64,000 bases of DNA from NCBI RefSeq assembly GCF_963506605.1, contig NC_083291.1:36332001-36396000 (forward strand). The letters run 5' to 3'. The first letter of the stretch is position 1. Each line of letters starts with the position of its first letter. The position numbers and the translations under genes are program-made. Origin of the DNA: Zootoca vivipara (lineage: Eukaryota). Below the pieces are notes generated by a model that worked only from the letters and a program-made list of their open reading frames with translations, had not been told where the DNA came from and did not search any database. This document shows positions 61,343-64,000 of this stretch, in pieces.

Positions 61343-61800
61343 TTTTTTTGGGGTGTGTGTGTTGTTTTGTTTGTTTTTTGTTTTGGTAAGCAATTTATTA
61401 TTTTTATAATAACAAAAGAAGAAAAGAAAAAAACACCATAAACAACATTTCAAACCACAATTATTTGCTTGATTTCCCTCCATTTCCCCTCTTGGTTCCA
61501 TAAAACCTTATATTCTTAACAGTTCAATTTTAAGACATTCTTCATCTTATTACAAGTGACTTTTAAAAGTTCTACTAATGTAAAAATCTACACACAAAGC
61601 TTTAAAAAATATGCATTAAACAGTTCCCTTTTTAAAAATAAAATAAAATAAAGTCCTCTTTCTTGAGTTACCGATTATCTAATTTGTTCTGCATAGTTCG
61701 CTAATTTGTTTTGCCAATCTTCTTTATCTCCTTCCTTCTGTAGGTCTTGGCCTGGCATCCCCTCTCAAATACAGGGACAAAGTCTTTCACTCTATAGGAA
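61343..61800 (-). mobile_element. L1 3' fragment
   Basis: 14-bp TSD CAGGCAACATTCTG; A-rich tail on minus; KEDWQNKLANYAE ORF2-like remnant. Confidence 0.75.
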
Positions 61801-62263
61801 CAGGCAACATTCTGAACTGTCAGCTGCTGATTCAGAGTGAGCCAGAGACTTTCTGGAGAAAGTGTGCGTGTGTCTATGTTTGCTTGTGTGTGCGTGCAAG
61901 AAACTCAAACCTGTCACTCAAGAGAGAGGAGCATACCTCCCTGTGTGAAATGCTCTCTCGATAACCATTAAGTCCCAGAGTCCTGCTGATATTTCCTGTG
62001 AGCAGGCAGATAGAGCCAGCAAGGTATGGCAACAGGTGGAGGCAAGACAAGCACCCCAAGAACTAAGGACCCTGAGAACCTAGGACTGTGCAACTTAACA
62101 GCTGGTACCTGCTCTGATAGGTTACACAAGCCTGTGAATATATGAGTGTAGCCACTGATATCCTGAGCGTACCAAATAATTAACTGTAGGGACCGTGTCT
62201 AATGGACATTTGTCATTTGTGTACAGTTAAGATGCAACCAAGCCACACTGGCCTATAAATATA

Positions 62264-62360
62264 CAGTGGTACCTCGGTTTATGAACACAATTGGTTCCGG
62301 AAGTCTGTTCATAAACTGAAGCGTTCATAAACTGAAGCGAACTTTCCCATTGAAAGTAAT
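62264..62360. mobile_element. Truncated Tigger-like MITE
   Basis: TA-CAGTGGTACCTCGG terminus; other end absent. Confidence 0.6.
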
Positions 62361-64000
62361 GTTGTTGCTGCTGCTGCTGCTGCTGGGGGAAACTAGCTTC
62401 ATGGTAAGGGGATTCATGGTGTGCAAAGCCACTGCTTGCCAGGGAATGGGGTTTCTTGCTTCCAACTGTCCAGGAAAGAGAGCATAAATCATTGCCACTG
62501 TCCAGGAAGACACAAGGCAAGAGGAGCCCATGGAATCATGGAGTCGTAAGGGACCGCGAGGGCAATCTAGTCCAACTCTTTGCAATGCAAGAACCTTTTG
62601 GGGTTGAACCCACAACCCTGAGATTAAGAGGCTCTTGCCAAACTGGACCTTGCCAAATCGGGCACCAGCCTGAGTGTTTGTGTGGCCTAACCAGCTTAGC
62701 CAAGTGCTCACATGAGCTGTCATTCCAGAACAAGGCTGGTCAACATGACCCCCCTCCCCTTATGTTGCTGGCTTGGGCTGCTGGAAGTTGCAGTCCAAAA
62801 CCTCCGGAGAGCACCAGGTTGGCTACCACTGCACATGGTCCGGAACCCTCTGCAATGTGCCGGTATTGTTCGCCGTTCCTCATCAGGCAAGAGAATGTGA
62901 ACAAAGGGTGATATTTAACTGAGAACAAGGTCCTAACACAGCAGCGGAACTTCTCCCCCTGTCCTCCAAATTCTTCTCTGGGGGGTTTGGATGACGAGGT
63001 GACCGTAATAGGTTTGGCAGGCATGCAGGTTAGCAGTGGGGGAAGAGTCTCATTGTGCAAGCAGACTTTGTTCCTTGCACACATAACCCCACTAAGCACA
63101 ACATTGAACCTATTGCGTTTGCTGAAATCTGGATGTTTGGGAATCACTCCTCTGGGGAAGGCAGGAATTTAAGATCAAATATTAATTGTAATGTTGGGGG
63201 CACACAAATACCACAATTCTATTTCCAGACTTACCATATACATCCGGAAGCATGTGGATAATACATCCATCAGTCTCGCGCTGCCTCAGTTTCCCTCCAC
63301 TTTAATGGGGAGATAATCATATTTCCCAGCCTCATTAATGCTGGTGGGGGATCACCTTAACATCGGTCCATGGAAGAAGCTGGAGGATTAGTCTTATAGT
63401 GGAATTCTCCCTCCTTGCTCTCTGCATAGTCGTAATCCTGTGTGACATCCCGGTGGGTTCTGGCGGGAAATGGCTGTGATGGGGACACAGGATTATGTCT
63501 GGTGAAACCCACAAAGGAAGCCAGCGCTGGGAGGAGATGGCGTGTCAGGGGAAATCGTCTTAGTGACAGAAACAAACCTCTGAGAAGGGGAAGTGTGGGA
63601 AGCGATTGCCACAAACATGGAATCTATGCTGATTTGTATACAGCGCGGCATATCGAGTATGTGGTCCCCCCACCCCACCCCAAGCAGCACTCTGTACGAA
63701 GCACACACCACGATGGTCCTGCTTGCCAGCCAGACTCATATCCCCTCATTCCATTTATGACACTGAGCTCACACAGATGACAGACTTTATCACACATTTT
63801 ACCACAACCAGGGCTATCTTAAGCATATCTGGCGCCATGGTGCAAAGCTCCCTCCGCTGCCAGTGGGGCTGGAGGAGGCAGGTGGCGGCTGGAGGTCGGC
63901 TCCTCTGGCGGGGAAGAGGCGGAGGCTGGCCGCTTCGTGCCACGGTAGCCACGGCAGACAGATGCTCCAGGCACGGCACTGCTTTGGTGCGGCTTGGTGG

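Overview
Eukaryotic genomic DNA from a squamate reptile, probably a lacertid lizard (inferred from Sauria SINEs, BovB/RTE, L2/CR1 tails and hAT MITEs). Most ORFs in the six-frame track are spurious. Four spliced genes can be rebuilt from splice sites and protein similarity: (1) PROP1 (+, CDS 5673-10064, 3 exons); (2) RBM3 (+, about 16.8-20.7 kb, 152 aa); (3) a second, tandem cold-shock RNA-binding protein gene (+, about 26.9-35.0 kb, 148 aa) with a CIRBP-like RRM and an RBM3-like C-terminus; (4) ABT1 (-, CDS 47419-50043). The main candidate novel system is the tandem RBM3/CIRBP-like pair in an ectotherm. The two proteins differ at 19 of the first 86 residues, yet the genes share an identical 81-nt 3'UTR block, an identical last splice acceptor and a hairpin beside the poly(A) signal. 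Each gene also has a candidate poison exon in intron 3 and candidate downstream NMD-type alternative last exons, which suggests two temperature-controlled splicing/NMD switches per gene. Other notable items: a Penelope-type minimal hammerhead ribozyme upstream of RBM3 fused to a copy of the first 17 nt of the predicted RBM3 transcript; a 1.3-kb retro-insertion in the B-box of a Sauria SINE; a hAT MITE with a 74-bp fold-back; and a possible retroviral env relic. Human sequence comparisons are from memory and need alignment.
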